Part shown: positions 8,766-18,100 of the stretch, in pieces
Layout: every line of letters starts with the position of its first letter
How positions within the stretch are numbered: position 1 is the stretch's first letter
Assembly (NCBI GenBank): GCA_016182085.1
Contig: JACOYB010000004.1
Span: 147,923 to 211,922, forward strand
DNA from: Candidatus Magasanikiibacteriota bacterium
Lineage (GTDB): Bacteria > Patescibacteriota > Patescibacteriia > Magasanikbacterales > GWA2-37-8
Length of the DNA: 64,000 bases
Reading direction: 5' to 3'
Notes under the pieces: model-generated
What the model saw: only the letters and a program-made list of their open reading frames with translations
The model's database searches: none
Told to the model about the DNA's origin: nothing
Position numbers and translations under genes: made by a program

Positions 8766-11231
8766 TTACATTAGTGTCACACTCGCCACTCTGTCGCCAT
8801 CCTCTTTAAATCGCATCAGGCGGACGCCTTGGGTGGCGCGGCCGGAAGAATTGATTGATCCAAATGGCAGGCGAATTACCTGGCCTTTGGCCGACATGAT
8901 AAGCAAGTCTTTTTCTTTAAATTCCACAGCATCCACCACTTTGGCAAATGTTAAGTTGCCGGTCTTGGCTGTGATTTCGGCGGTTTTGATACCGCTGCCG
9001 CCGCGTCCTTGTACTTTATATTCATCCAGTTCCGTGCGTTTGCCCACGCCATTTTCACCGACGGTTAAAAATGCCAGACTTTTATTTTTCGGATCAACGA
9101 TATCCATGCCAATCACTTCATCGTTGCTTTTTAGCCGCATGCCGCGCACACCGCTGGCCGTGCGTCCCATCTCACGAACATCTTTTTCTTTGAAGCGAAT
9201 GGCCTGGCCTTGTTTGGTGGCAATCATAATTTCGTCGCTGCCGGTGCTTGGTTTTACCCATTCCAAATTATCGTCTAGCTTTAATTTTATGGCGATGAGG
9301 CCGCTGCGGCGAACATTGGCAAAATCCTCCAGAGCGGTTTTTTTGATATTGCCTTTGGTGGTGGTCATGACCAAATATTTAATATTTGTCATATCTTTCA
9401 TTCCGAGCAGAGCCGTAACTTTTTCGTTCGGCGCGAGCTGTAAAAAGTTTATCAGCGCTTGGCCTTTGGCAGTGCGGCTGGCTTGGGGGATATCATAGGC
9501 CATAAGCTGGAAGACACGGCCACGGTTGGTGAAAAATAGTATATTGTCGTGGGTATTGGTGCTTACCAGATTTTCCACGCTTTCTTCTTCTTTGGTGGTT
9601 ACACCAATGACACCCTTGCCGCCGCGGGATTGTTGGTGGAAAGTGTCCGGAGGCAACCGTTTGATATAACCATCCGAAGTTACCATAATAATAGTAGCTT
9701 CGTTTGGAATTAAATCTTCGGTCGTAAATTCTTTAATGCCATGGGCAATAATTTGGGTGCGTCTTGGCTGGCCGTATTTTTCTTTTATAGCTAAAGTTTC
9801 ATCCTTAATTATTTTTAGTATTTTGGCTTTTGAAGCAAGGATAGATTCTAGTTCTTTTATAAGGGCTTTCTTTTCTTTTAATTCATCTTCAATTTTTTGT
9901 CGTTCCAAGTTGGCTAGCTGTTGGAGTTTCATTTCCAAAATAGCCACGGCTTGGCGGTCGCTGAATTTGAATTTGGACATTAAATTGCTTTTGGCTTCTT
10001 CTTTGTCTTTGGAAGAACGGATAGTTTTAATGATCAAATCAATTTTATCCAGAGCCATGCTTAAACCCTCCAAAATATGGGCGCGGTCTTTGGCTTTGGC
10101 CAAATCATATTCGGTGCGGCGGCGGATAATTACTTGTCGGTGTTTAAGGAATTCTTCCAAAACATTTTTAATATTTAAAACTCTAGGTTGAATGCCGTCA
10201 ATTAAGGCCAGCATGTTGTAGTGGAACGTAGTTTGCAATTCTGTCATTTGGAACAACTTGTTCAACACTTTTTTCGGGTATGCGTCTTTTTTTAAATCAA
10301 TAACTACGCGTACGCCATCTTTGTTGGATTCATCGCGTAAATCTTTAATGCCTTCAATTTTTTTCTCCTGCACCAGATCGGCAATTTTTTCCAAGAGAGT
10401 TGCTTTGTTAATGTTATAGGGAACTTCGGTAATAACAATTTTAAATTGATCGGCTTTGCCTTCTTGGATTTCAGCTTTGGCACGTATCACAACGCCGCCT
10501 TTACCGGTAGAGTAAGCGGTTAAAATATCTTTTTTATTATAAATAATACCGCCGGTAGGGAAGTCCGGGCCTTTTATAAGCTCAGCCAATTCTTCTACGG
10601 AAGTATCCGGATCATCCATAAGTTTAGCCAGGCCGTCGCAGAGTTCGCTTAGGTTATGTGGAGGAATAGAGGTGGCCATACCAACTGCAATACCCATAGT
10701 GCCATTGAGCAGAAGATGTGGCAGTTTGGCTGGAAGAACAGTTGGTTCGGTATGGGAGCCGTCGTAGTTAGGAATAAAATCAACCGTTTCTTTTTCTATA
10801 TCAAACAGCATCTCTTCGGCCACGGCCATTAGTTTGGCTTCGGTATAACGCATGGCAGCGGCATTATCGCCATCCATGGAACCAAAGTTACCCTGGCCGT
10901 GTACGAGCGGGTAGCGCATGGAAAAATCTTGAGCCATACGTACCATGGCGTCGTATATGGAAGCATCGCCGTGCGGATGGTATTTGGCCATCACTTCACC
11001 GACCACGTGGGCGGATTTGCGGAAACGAGCGGTGTGGCGCAATCCAATATCCCACATTGCGTACAGTACGCGGCGATGTACGGGTTTTAATCCGTCTCGC
11101 ACATCCGGAAGCGCACGGGCCACGATCACGCTCATCGCGTATTCCAAATACGAAGTTTGCATTTCTTCTACCAGAGATGCTGGGGTAATAAGTCCAAATT
11201 CTTGAGGGTTAAGTTCTAGTTTTTCTTGCAT
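8766..11231 (-). CDS. gyrA: DNA gyrase subunit A
   Basis: [22 protein letters not shown], catalytic Tyr in AAMRYTE; GyrA-box-like QSRGGKG; C-terminal beta-pinwheel. Confidence 0.97.
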   Translation of the reverse strand: MQEKLELNPQEFGLITPASLVEEMQTSYLEYAMSVIVARALPDVRDGLKPVHRRVLYAMWDIGLRHTARFRKSAHVVGEVMAKYHPHGDASIYDAMVRMAQDFSMRYPLVHGQGNFGSMDGDNAAAMRYTEAKLMAVAEEMLFDIEKETVDFIPNYDGSHTEPTVLPAKLPHLLLNGTMGIAVGMATSIPPHNLSELCDGLAKLMDDPDTSVEELAELIKGPDFPTGGIIYNKKDILTAYSTGKGGVVIRAKAEIQEGKADQFKIVITEVPYNINKATLLEKIADLVQEKKIEGIKDLRDESNKDGVRVVIDLKKDAYPKKVLNKLFQMTELQTTFHYNMLALIDGIQPRVLNIKNVLEEFLKHRQVIIRRRTEYDLAKAKDRAHILEGLSMALDKIDLIIKTIRSSKDKEEAKSNLMSKFKFSDRQAVAILEMKLQQLANLERQKIEDELKEKKALIKELESILASKAKILKIIKDETLAIKEKYGQPRRTQIIAHGIKEFTTEDLIPNEATIIMVTSDGYIKRLPPDTFHQQSRGGKGVIGVTTKEEESVENLVSTNTHDNILFFTNRGRVFQLMAYDIPQASRTAKGQALINFLQLAPNEKVTALLGMKDMTNIKYLVMTTTKGNIKKTALEDFANVRRSGLIAIKLKLDDNLEWVKPSTGSDEIMIATKQGQAIRFKEKDVREMGRTASGVRGMRLKSNDEVIGMDIVDPKNKSLAFLTVGENGVGKRTELDEYKVQGRGGSGIKTAEITAKTGNLTFAKVVDAVEFKEKDLLIMSAKGQVIRLPFGSINSSGRATQGVRLMRFKEDGDRVASVTLM

Positions 11232-11240
11232 AAGGTATTA

Positions 11241-11639
11241 TTAATTTGTTTCTATGGTAGTGGTGGTTGCAGTCGTGCTGCTCGTTGTTTGGGTGGTGCT
11301 GGAAACAGTGGTGCTGTTTGTTTCGGCCATAAGTTTACCGAGCGTATCTTTAATTTGCATTTTCATCCGTTCATTTTTTATACGGCTCGCTTCATCATTA
11401 AACAGCGTGTTCCATTCTGTTTTGCTTGTATCAATTAATTTTTTTTCCGGTGTTTTATTCCAGCTAAATGATGCCAAGCTTATTTTTGTTGCCCATCCCC
11501 AGAGAATTAAGATGATTAATGTAAAAATTCCTACCCACAGCCACAACCATCTCTTTGCTCTGGCTCTGGCCTCATATTCTTTGGCCAGCTGTTCGGGGGT
11601 AGGCATTTGGGGGATAATTTGTTTTTTTCTCCTTGGCAT
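11241..11639 (-). CDS. Hypothetical single-pass membrane protein with Thr-rich tail
   Basis: ORF 11241..11669, likely start at MPRRKK; TM segment WLWLWVGIFTLIILILWGW. Confidence 0.6.
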   Translation of the reverse strand: MPRRKKQIIPQMPTPEQLAKEYEARARAKRWLWLWVGIFTLIILILWGWATKISLASFSWNKTPEKKLIDTSKTEWNTLFNDEASRIKNERMKMQIKDTLGKLMAETNSTTVSSTTQTTSSTTATTTTIETN

Positions 11640-11649
11640 ACTATATTTG

Positions 11650-12264
11650 TTACTCTTTTTCCAGAACAATCATTTTGGTTTCTTCTTGGGGCAGGTCTTT
11701 TTTCTTGATAATTACTTTTCTTTCGCCGGATTCAGGTTTAAGTCCCATTTCTTTCACAAAAGCGGTAATCGGAGCTGCGTCCGGATCCGTATCGCAATTA
11801 TACGCGATCGGAATTATCATTCGCGGTTCAAGCGTAGTGGCCAGCGCCGCGGCAGCTTTAGCATCTAAATAATTTTGTCCGCCGCCCACCGGAATAAACA
11901 AAATATCCGGACTCATAATTTTTTCCATATGTTCGGTTGGGGGAGCGGATTTTAGTCTGCCTAAATGTACAATATTCAAACCCTCAGCGTTTAGTTTATA
12001 GATAACATCGGTATCAGATCCGGGTACGGCGTAGATCATCAGATTTTTTACTTCCATCTCACCTAATGAATTAACTACAAACGCGCCTTGAGAAATGGTG
12101 GCCGCATTATCAAGCCCCTGGGAAAATAGGGCAACATCCGGGCTAAAGCTGCGAGGGAAGTCTCCCTTTTTTGGCTTATAGGCATCTAGTAAGACCGTAA
12201 TATCCTTATCCAAATTTTTTGTTTGCAATTTAACGCATGTTTGTCCGAGCCAGCTTATATGCAT
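11650..12264 (-). CDS. Metallo-beta-lactamase-fold protein with degenerate metal site
   Basis: MHISWLGQTCVKL, DILFIPVGG and LEPRMIIPI match the small MBL-fold family, but HxHxDH is absent. Confidence 0.7.
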   Translation of the reverse strand: MHISWLGQTCVKLQTKNLDKDITVLLDAYKPKKGDFPRSFSPDVALFSQGLDNAATISQGAFVVNSLGEMEVKNLMIYAVPGSDTDVIYKLNAEGLNIVHLGRLKSAPPTEHMEKIMSPDILFIPVGGGQNYLDAKAAAALATTLEPRMIIPIAYNCDTDPDAAPITAFVKEMGLKPESGERKVIIKKKDLPQEETKMIVLEKE

Positions 12265-12503
12265 AGGTATTTTTAATGAAATCACCACCTAAAGTAGGGG
12301 GTGAAAGGCTATATAAAAGTTAGGTATATTTTATCATTCCGTAGGCCGCTTTGCAAGTGGGTCGCGGCCCTGAAATCATTGACAATTAGTGGTAATTATG
12401 TTCCTTCTGTGATAGAATCTGAAAACTGTTAAATTTATTACAAAAGGTTGAGAAGTCTGTAACTTTATAAGTTTTAGTGGGTATCTATATAGATATAGGG
12501 GGG

Positions 12504-12532
12504 TTGACAAAAGGCGGGTTTTGTGGTATCAT
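12504..12532 (+). promoter_or_regulatory. Sigma70 promoter of the Calx-beta cluster
   Basis: TTGACA-N17-TATCAT; palindrome TATCTATATAGATA at 12482-12495 just upstream. Confidence 0.7.
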
Positions 12533-12568
12533 TCCCAGTTAATTTTTTAAAAATAATTCAAGCAATAT

Positions 12569-15268
12569 ATGCAAAAAATGAAGAAAAGAGCACAGCAATT
12601 TGTCAGCGTCTTAGCGCTGGCTTCTTTGGTTTTTGGTTTAAGCGCAACGGCTTTGCCTCAGGCGGCTAAAGCCGCAGGTGAAGATTTTGCGGTCGGTTTT
12701 AATTATGAAAATAGTTATGGCACCGAAGGTCTTACCACCGACATAGAGTTAGTGGTGGCAGACAATAATCAGGCCGGCACACACGGAGAAATCACAGTTA
12801 CTTATCAAATAGATTTTTCAGGCAATTTATATTCAAATCCTATCACCCCGGCTTCTTCTGGAGATTTTACGGTTAATGGGTTTTATACTTCTAGTGGCAC
12901 CATAACTATTCCTGCAGATCAAAATTCTGTTTTCGTTCAAATTCAAAATGTTAATGATACGTTTGCGGAGCAAGAGGAGTCTTTTGTTATAACGATTCTG
13001 GATGCTCAAATCTCGGGAGGAGATACTGTTAGAGTTGCGAGAGCCGGCGGCGCTGCTGATATGCCATACCCTAGCCACATGCATTTTATTGTAGACAATG
13101 ATAATCCCGAATTAAGCGTTGCCGATTCTTCTCAGGGTGGCAACACCTTTGCGCTTGAGGACCAAGGACAGGGTACATTCAAAGTATTACTTTCTACCAT
13201 TTCCACAAGCGATATAACTTTTGATTGGTCAGTTCAAGATAACACGGCCACATATTTGGAAGACTATTCTATTGCCGGAGGCAGCGCGACTATTCCAGCC
13301 GGTGAAACTTCTACCACTCTTAGTATTGGCGTGCTTGATGATGATTTAAATGAAAATAATGAAGAAATAGTATCTATTATTCTTTCCAACCCAACTAATG
13401 CTGTTTTAGGATCTAACTACGCAAGAATATATTACATTATTGACAATGAAGATATTAAGGTTGGTTTTTCCACTAACTCTGGCTCTGGATTAGAAAATGT
13501 AGGCACAGTTCCGCTGACTATCAATCTTAATTTTGTAAGCAATAACGAAGTTACAGCCGATATATCTATTGAAGAACCCGGTAGCAGTCCTGCCAGCACT
13601 CCGAGTGATTTCGTTTTGGAAAATTCCAGCGTTGTATTTCCAGCCGGCACTACTTCTACGGTTGTTAATCTTATCATCGTAGATGATAATTTACAGGAAT
13701 CAGATGAATTTATCTGGCTTGTCATTAGAAACCAAACAAATGGCGGCGATATTATCGGAGTTGGTCCAAATTCTTCTTTTGGCTATACTATCCAAGACAA
13801 TGGTGATGTAAATAATACGCCAACCCTAAATCTTTCGGCTGCTACTGCTTCCGGAATGGAAAATGAGCCAGGAACGTTCACTGTATCTATGGACGCAGTT
13901 TCAACTGAAAATGTAACTTTCCAATGGAAAACAGATGGCGGCACCGCTTCTATAGTACCTACCACAGTTGGCACAACCGTATTCCCAGCTGACTATACTG
14001 GCTCGGCTACGTTTGCCACGGCCACAATTCCAGCCGGATCATTATCAACAACTATAAGTTTAAATGTTTCTGATGACAGCCTAGCTGAACAAGATGAAAC
14101 TTTTGAAATTACTATTGCCAGTGCCAGTGGCGCAACTATTGGCCCGGTAAATACTCAGACATACACAATCAATGAAAATGATTTTGTAAACGCGCAGTTT
14201 GAATCAGCCGCTTCTTCGGGATCTGAATCCACCGGTTCGGCAAATCTTAATATCGTTTTGTCTAATGTGAGCGATAGGGAAGTGAAAGTATATGTTGAAA
14301 ATACAGCTTCCAGCACGGCTACCTTTGGTACCGAATGGCAAATGGCCAGCGGTACTGTTGTCTTTGCCCCGGGTGAAACTTCCAAACCAATCGGTTTAAC
14401 TATTGTTGATGATGGCGATCAAGAATCTTCTGAAACTGCCGTGGTTGCTTTAACTGGCTCGAGTATCGGCGGCGTGTCGGGCATCTTAACTCATACTTAT
14501 ACTATTACTGATAACGATACTCCTTCTGGATCAGGCGGCGGCAGCGGAGGATCAGGCGGCGGAGGAGGCGGTGGATCTGGTATAGCTTTACCTACCACTC
14601 CAACCGGATCCGGTTTTGCTGGAGAGGCTCAGAGTGTGCGTGTGGAAAGCGTAACCACAGTTGGTGATACAAATTTTGCTAACTTGGTCTTAGCTGGCGG
14701 TACCGCGGTTCGTATGGCAATTTCTAACAGCCTTGGTTTTGAAAATGCTGTTTCGGAATCATATAAGACGAGCGCAATCTGGAAACTTTCTTCCGGCGCT
14801 GGTACAAAAACTGTGTATGTTAAATTCTTCAACAATGCCGGCTTTGCCTCTGCGATCGTAAGTACGACCGTAACAGTTGGCGGAAGTATTGGCGGTGGAG
14901 AAGTGCTCGGTGTACAAATCAGCTTACTTGATGAGTTGATTGCTAAGTTGAAAGCCGGCACAACTAGTGATGAAGTTAGACAATTACAAGTAGAATTGCA
15001 AAAGAAAGGTTACTTTACCAAGAATTTTAGACCTACCAGATTTTATGGCGCAATGACCAGAGCGGCTGTAGCCAGATATTTGGCTGATAAAATGACTGTA
15101 GATGAATTAGTTGCCGCCTTAAAATTGGGCAATCGCGGCGCTTTGGTAAGTAAATTGCAAACTGAACTTAAAAAATTAGGTTTCTTCCCGGCCAATATGG
15201 CGGCCACCGGTTACTTTGGTTTGGTAACCAAGGCTTCCGTAACCAAGTACCTAGCTTCCAAAAATTAA
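12569..15268 (+). CDS. Secreted Calx-beta repeat surface protein with C-terminal peptidoglycan-binding-like repeats
   Basis: Signal peptide; repeated TIPAGETS..I..DD..E..E..TI.DND units; Gly linker; GEVLG motif then two V..LQ.EL...G.FG..T repeats. Confidence 0.8.
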   Translation: MQKMKKRAQQFVSVLALASLVFGLSATALPQAAKAAGEDFAVGFNYENSYGTEGLTTDIELVVADNNQAGTHGEITVTYQIDFSGNLYSNPITPASSGDFTVNGFYTSSGTITIPADQNSVFVQIQNVNDTFAEQEESFVITILDAQISGGDTVRVARAGGAADMPYPSHMHFIVDNDNPELSVADSSQGGNTFALEDQGQGTFKVLLSTISTSDITFDWSVQDNTATYLEDYSIAGGSATIPAGETSTTLSIGVLDDDLNENNEEIVSIILSNPTNAVLGSNYARIYYIIDNEDIKVGFSTNSGSGLENVGTVPLTINLNFVSNNEVTADISIEEPGSSPASTPSDFVLENSSVVFPAGTTSTVVNLIIVDDNLQESDEFIWLVIRNQTNGGDIIGVGPNSSFGYTIQDNGDVNNTPTLNLSAATASGMENEPGTFTVSMDAVSTENVTFQWKTDGGTASIVPTTVGTTVFPADYTGSATFATATIPAGSLSTTISLNVSDDSLAEQDETFEITIASASGATIGPVNTQTYTINENDFVNAQFESAASSGSESTGSANLNIVLSNVSDREVKVYVENTASSTATFGTEWQMASGTVVFAPGETSKPIGLTIVDDGDQESSETAVVALTGSSIGGVSGILTHTYTITDNDTPSGSGGGSGGSGGGGGGGSGIALPTTPTGSGFAGEAQSVRVESVTTVGDTNFANLVLAGGTAVRMAISNSLGFENAVSESYKTSAIWKLSSGAGTKTVYVKFFNNAGFASAIVSTTVTVGGSIGGGEVLGVQISLLDELIAKLKAGTTSDEVRQLQVELQKKGYFTKNFRPTRFYGAMTRAAVARYLADKMTVDELVAALKLGNRGALVSKLQTELKKLGFFPANMAATGYFGLVTKASVTKYLASKN

Positions 15269-15292
15269 ATTAAGTCTTAATATATTAATTAT

Positions 15293-16999
15293 ATGCAAGA
15301 CAACAAACTATCCGTAGGAAAAAAAGTCTTGGCGGCTGCTTTTTTGATGCTTGGTTTGGTAATTATGCCAAAACCCGCATCTGCCGCGGCAAACCAAGTT
15401 GATGTCTCTGTAAGTACAAATTCCGTTGCGGAAGGAAATGTGGTAACTTTTACATTTACCACGGCACGCGCCGCGGTAGGGAATATTGACATTAGTTATA
15501 ATTTAACCGGCGAGGCAAATGCTGCCAGTGATTATACGTTTAATAATTCTGCCAGCTTCAGCGGTGTTGTTAGAATTGATAATGGTAATTCAACTGCCGC
15601 AGTTACGCTTACGACCACTCAAGATGTGGCTGTAGAAAATGATGAGGGCATAGCTTTTACAGTTGCCGGTGTTGCTAATCTTGATGATCCGGAAGGCGCC
15701 AATTTTAACTCCGCTCACGCTACGACCAATCTTATAATTGTAGATGACGACAGCCAGTACAAACTATTTTTTACAGCTTCATCTTCTATCATGAACGAAA
15801 GTGAAGGCCCGATGTTTTTTACGGTTTCACTTTCTAACGCCGCGCCAACCGAGGTTACATTTTTATGGAACACATTTCTTAACTCCACGGTGAACTCTAC
15901 TACCGCTTCCGGCTATGCCGCTATGGACGGAGACTTTACCGGCGGTTCGGCAGATTATGTTTTAGTAACTATCCCTATTGGCCAAACTTCTGCTCCGATT
16001 ACGCTTAATGTTACCGAAGATACTCTAGACGAATTTAATGAGGTGGTACTTATGACTATCTCATCTCCAACTGGCGCAACACTCGGCTCTGTTACTCAAC
16101 GCACAGTTACGATTGAAGACAATGATACGACTTTGGTATCTTTCTCCCAAGCGACCTCTTCTGATAACGAAGGTGTAACTGCTCGCAAAGCACAACTTTC
16201 TTTATCTACGCTGAGCGACCATGATGTAACCGCTAGCATTGAGGCAGTTGCGGCACAAAGCACTGCTGAACTCGGAACTGATTGGCAAGTGCCTGTAACT
16301 GCCTGGGTTATTCCAGCTGGTCAATTGACTAAAGATGCGGAAGTAACGGTTATAGATGATTCAGCCGAAGAAGCAGACGAGACGGCTATGATTCGTATCG
16401 CTACAGTTGGTGACGGTGGTTTAGGGGTAAGTACAACCCATGCTTTTATTATTACTGCTAACGATACTCCAACTCCGGCAAGTGGCGGCGCGTATGGCAC
16501 AGCTATTCCTCAAAGCACTGCTTCCGTGGGTGGCGTACCGGCTGGTTCGGTAGTGGTTGCTCCTCCAGATACAGTTCCTCCGGCAATTGAGATTCCGACT
16601 GTTCCAGCTCCGACCACTCCTTCCGGAGAAGTCTTGGGTGTACAGGTATCTTTGGTAGATGAATTAATTGTTAAGTTAAACCCGGGCCAGGTTAGTGATG
16701 AAGTAAGAATATTGCAAACTGAACTTCAAAAACTCGGATTTTTCCGCGCGACATTTAAGCCAACCAGATATTATGGCCCTATGACCAGAGCCGCCGTAAA
16801 TGGGTATTTGGACGGCCGCGCCGATGCTATGACCTTGGATGAACTAGTGGCCATATTAAAATTTGGTCACAGAAATAATGCCGTGAAAAAATTACAAAAC
16901 CAACTTAAGATATTATTTTTCTTTCCGGCCACGGTAAGATCTACCGGTTACTTTGGCGTAATTACCAAAGCATCCGTAGCTAAATACAAGAATAGATAA
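15293..16999 (+). CDS. Paralogous Calx-beta surface protein with peptidoglycan-binding-like repeats
   Basis: Signal peptide, about three Calx-beta-like units, Pro-rich linker; C-terminus clearly homologous to the upstream gene. Confidence 0.8.
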   Translation: MQDNKLSVGKKVLAAAFLMLGLVIMPKPASAAANQVDVSVSTNSVAEGNVVTFTFTTARAAVGNIDISYNLTGEANAASDYTFNNSASFSGVVRIDNGNSTAAVTLTTTQDVAVENDEGIAFTVAGVANLDDPEGANFNSAHATTNLIIVDDDSQYKLFFTASSSIMNESEGPMFFTVSLSNAAPTEVTFLWNTFLNSTVNSTTASGYAAMDGDFTGGSADYVLVTIPIGQTSAPITLNVTEDTLDEFNEVVLMTISSPTGATLGSVTQRTVTIEDNDTTLVSFSQATSSDNEGVTARKAQLSLSTLSDHDVTASIEAVAAQSTAELGTDWQVPVTAWVIPAGQLTKDAEVTVIDDSAEEADETAMIRIATVGDGGLGVSTTHAFIITANDTPTPASGGAYGTAIPQSTASVGGVPAGSVVVAPPDTVPPAIEIPTVPAPTTPSGEVLGVQVSLVDELIVKLNPGQVSDEVRILQTELQKLGFFRATFKPTRYYGPMTRAAVNGYLDGRADAMTLDELVAILKFGHRNNAVKKLQNQLKILFFFPATVRSTGYFGVITKASVAKYKNR

Positions 17000-17033
17000 A
17001 AGGGGTGGATAGACAAATCATAACAAGAATAAG

Positions 17034-17067
17034 CAAAAATCCACCCGGTAATTAAGGTGGATTTTTG
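17034..17067 (+). terminator. Terminator after the second Calx gene
   Basis: CAAAAATCCACC-N10-GGTGGATTTTTG. Confidence 0.7.
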
Positions 17068-17106
17068 TCTAATCCGGGGTATGGTATAATAAATGTATAG
17101 CTTCAT

Positions 17107-18081
17107 ATGGACTTTGGAAACATGAAAAAAGTATTCAAAAAATATTTTATTCCGCACCACGAGAATAATTTTCACCCGCATATTCTGCATACCAAGCGCG
17201 CGGTTTTTTATGGCCTGGTATTTTTACTAACCAAAGGCATCATGGTAGCTTTTGTACTACTGCTTCCAATTGGAGCGTTTGTGCTTCCCGATGTTTTGGC
17301 CGAGGAACAAAGGCAGATTGTGGCCCTAACAAACAAAGTCCGCCAGGAAAAAAATTTACCTGCTTTAGTTGTTTCCGAAAAGCTGGGTGTATCGGCGCAA
17401 AATAAAGCGGACGATATGGCGCAAAAGAGCTATTTTGCTCATGTAAACGACCAAAAAAGCCTCTCTACCTGGCTTAAAGGCGCGGGGTATTCATACGAAG
17501 TAGCCGGAGAAAATTTGGCCGTAGGGTTTAGCACGGCTGAACAAATTATTACAGCCTGGAAAAATAGCCCAACTCATTATGATAATTTAGTGGATTCTGA
17601 TTTTAAGGATTTAGGCATAGGACTCGCTGGCGGAGAGTACAAAGGCAGAGCTGTAATCTTTATCGCTCAGCACTTAGCTTTGCCAATAGCGGTTGCAAAA
17701 ATAGAGAAACCCGTTGTTAAAAAAGAAGCAGTTAAAAAGTCTCCGGTGACTGGAACAAAGGCGGCAGTTTCTTCTCAAAAGAATAACCCGGCCAGCTCAT
17801 CGGTTTTGTCCGGCAGAATTAAAAATTCAGATGAAACAGAGCTTGCCGTAATAAATACAGATCAGCCAACGCCGGTGGAAAAATATATACAAGCCAAGCA
17901 GGTATTATCTCCGCTCACCAATATATTTAGCGTTTCTCAAACTATTTATTTCTGGGCCATGATATTTTTTGGTTCAGCTCTGCTGCTGAGCGTACTTATC
18001 AATATGCGCAGACAGCGCGGCCATATAGTTGCTCAAACTGCCGGCCTGCTAACTTTACTATTTGTTTTTTGGAAATTTTAA
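17107..18081 (+). CDS. CAP (SCP) domain membrane protein
   Basis: LTNKVRQ, AQNKADDMAQKSYFAH, AGENLA, AWKNSPTHYDNL; N- and C-terminal TM segments. Confidence 0.85.
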   Translation: MDFGNMKKVFKKYFIPHHENNFHPHILHTKRAVFYGLVFLLTKGIMVAFVLLLPIGAFVLPDVLAEEQRQIVALTNKVRQEKNLPALVVSEKLGVSAQNKADDMAQKSYFAHVNDQKSLSTWLKGAGYSYEVAGENLAVGFSTAEQIITAWKNSPTHYDNLVDSDFKDLGIGLAGGEYKGRAVIFIAQHLALPIAVAKIEKPVVKKEAVKKSPVTGTKAAVSSQKNNPASSSVLSGRIKNSDETELAVINTDQPTPVEKYIQAKQVLSPLTNIFSVSQTIYFWAMIFFGSALLLSVLINMRRQRGHIVAQTAGLLTLLFVFWKF

Positions 18082-18100
18082 TTCTTAATTTAATTGTCCT

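Noticed and set aside
8710-9498. 262-aa plus-strand ORF
   Set aside because: Antisense shadow of gyrA with no recognisable motifs; the same applies to the many short antisense ORFs over ftsH, pheT, dnaE, clpC and rseP.
11254-11868. 204-aa hydrophobic plus-strand ORF
   Set aside because: Antisense to two better-supported minus-strand genes; the hydrophobicity mirrors their Lys/Thr-rich codons.
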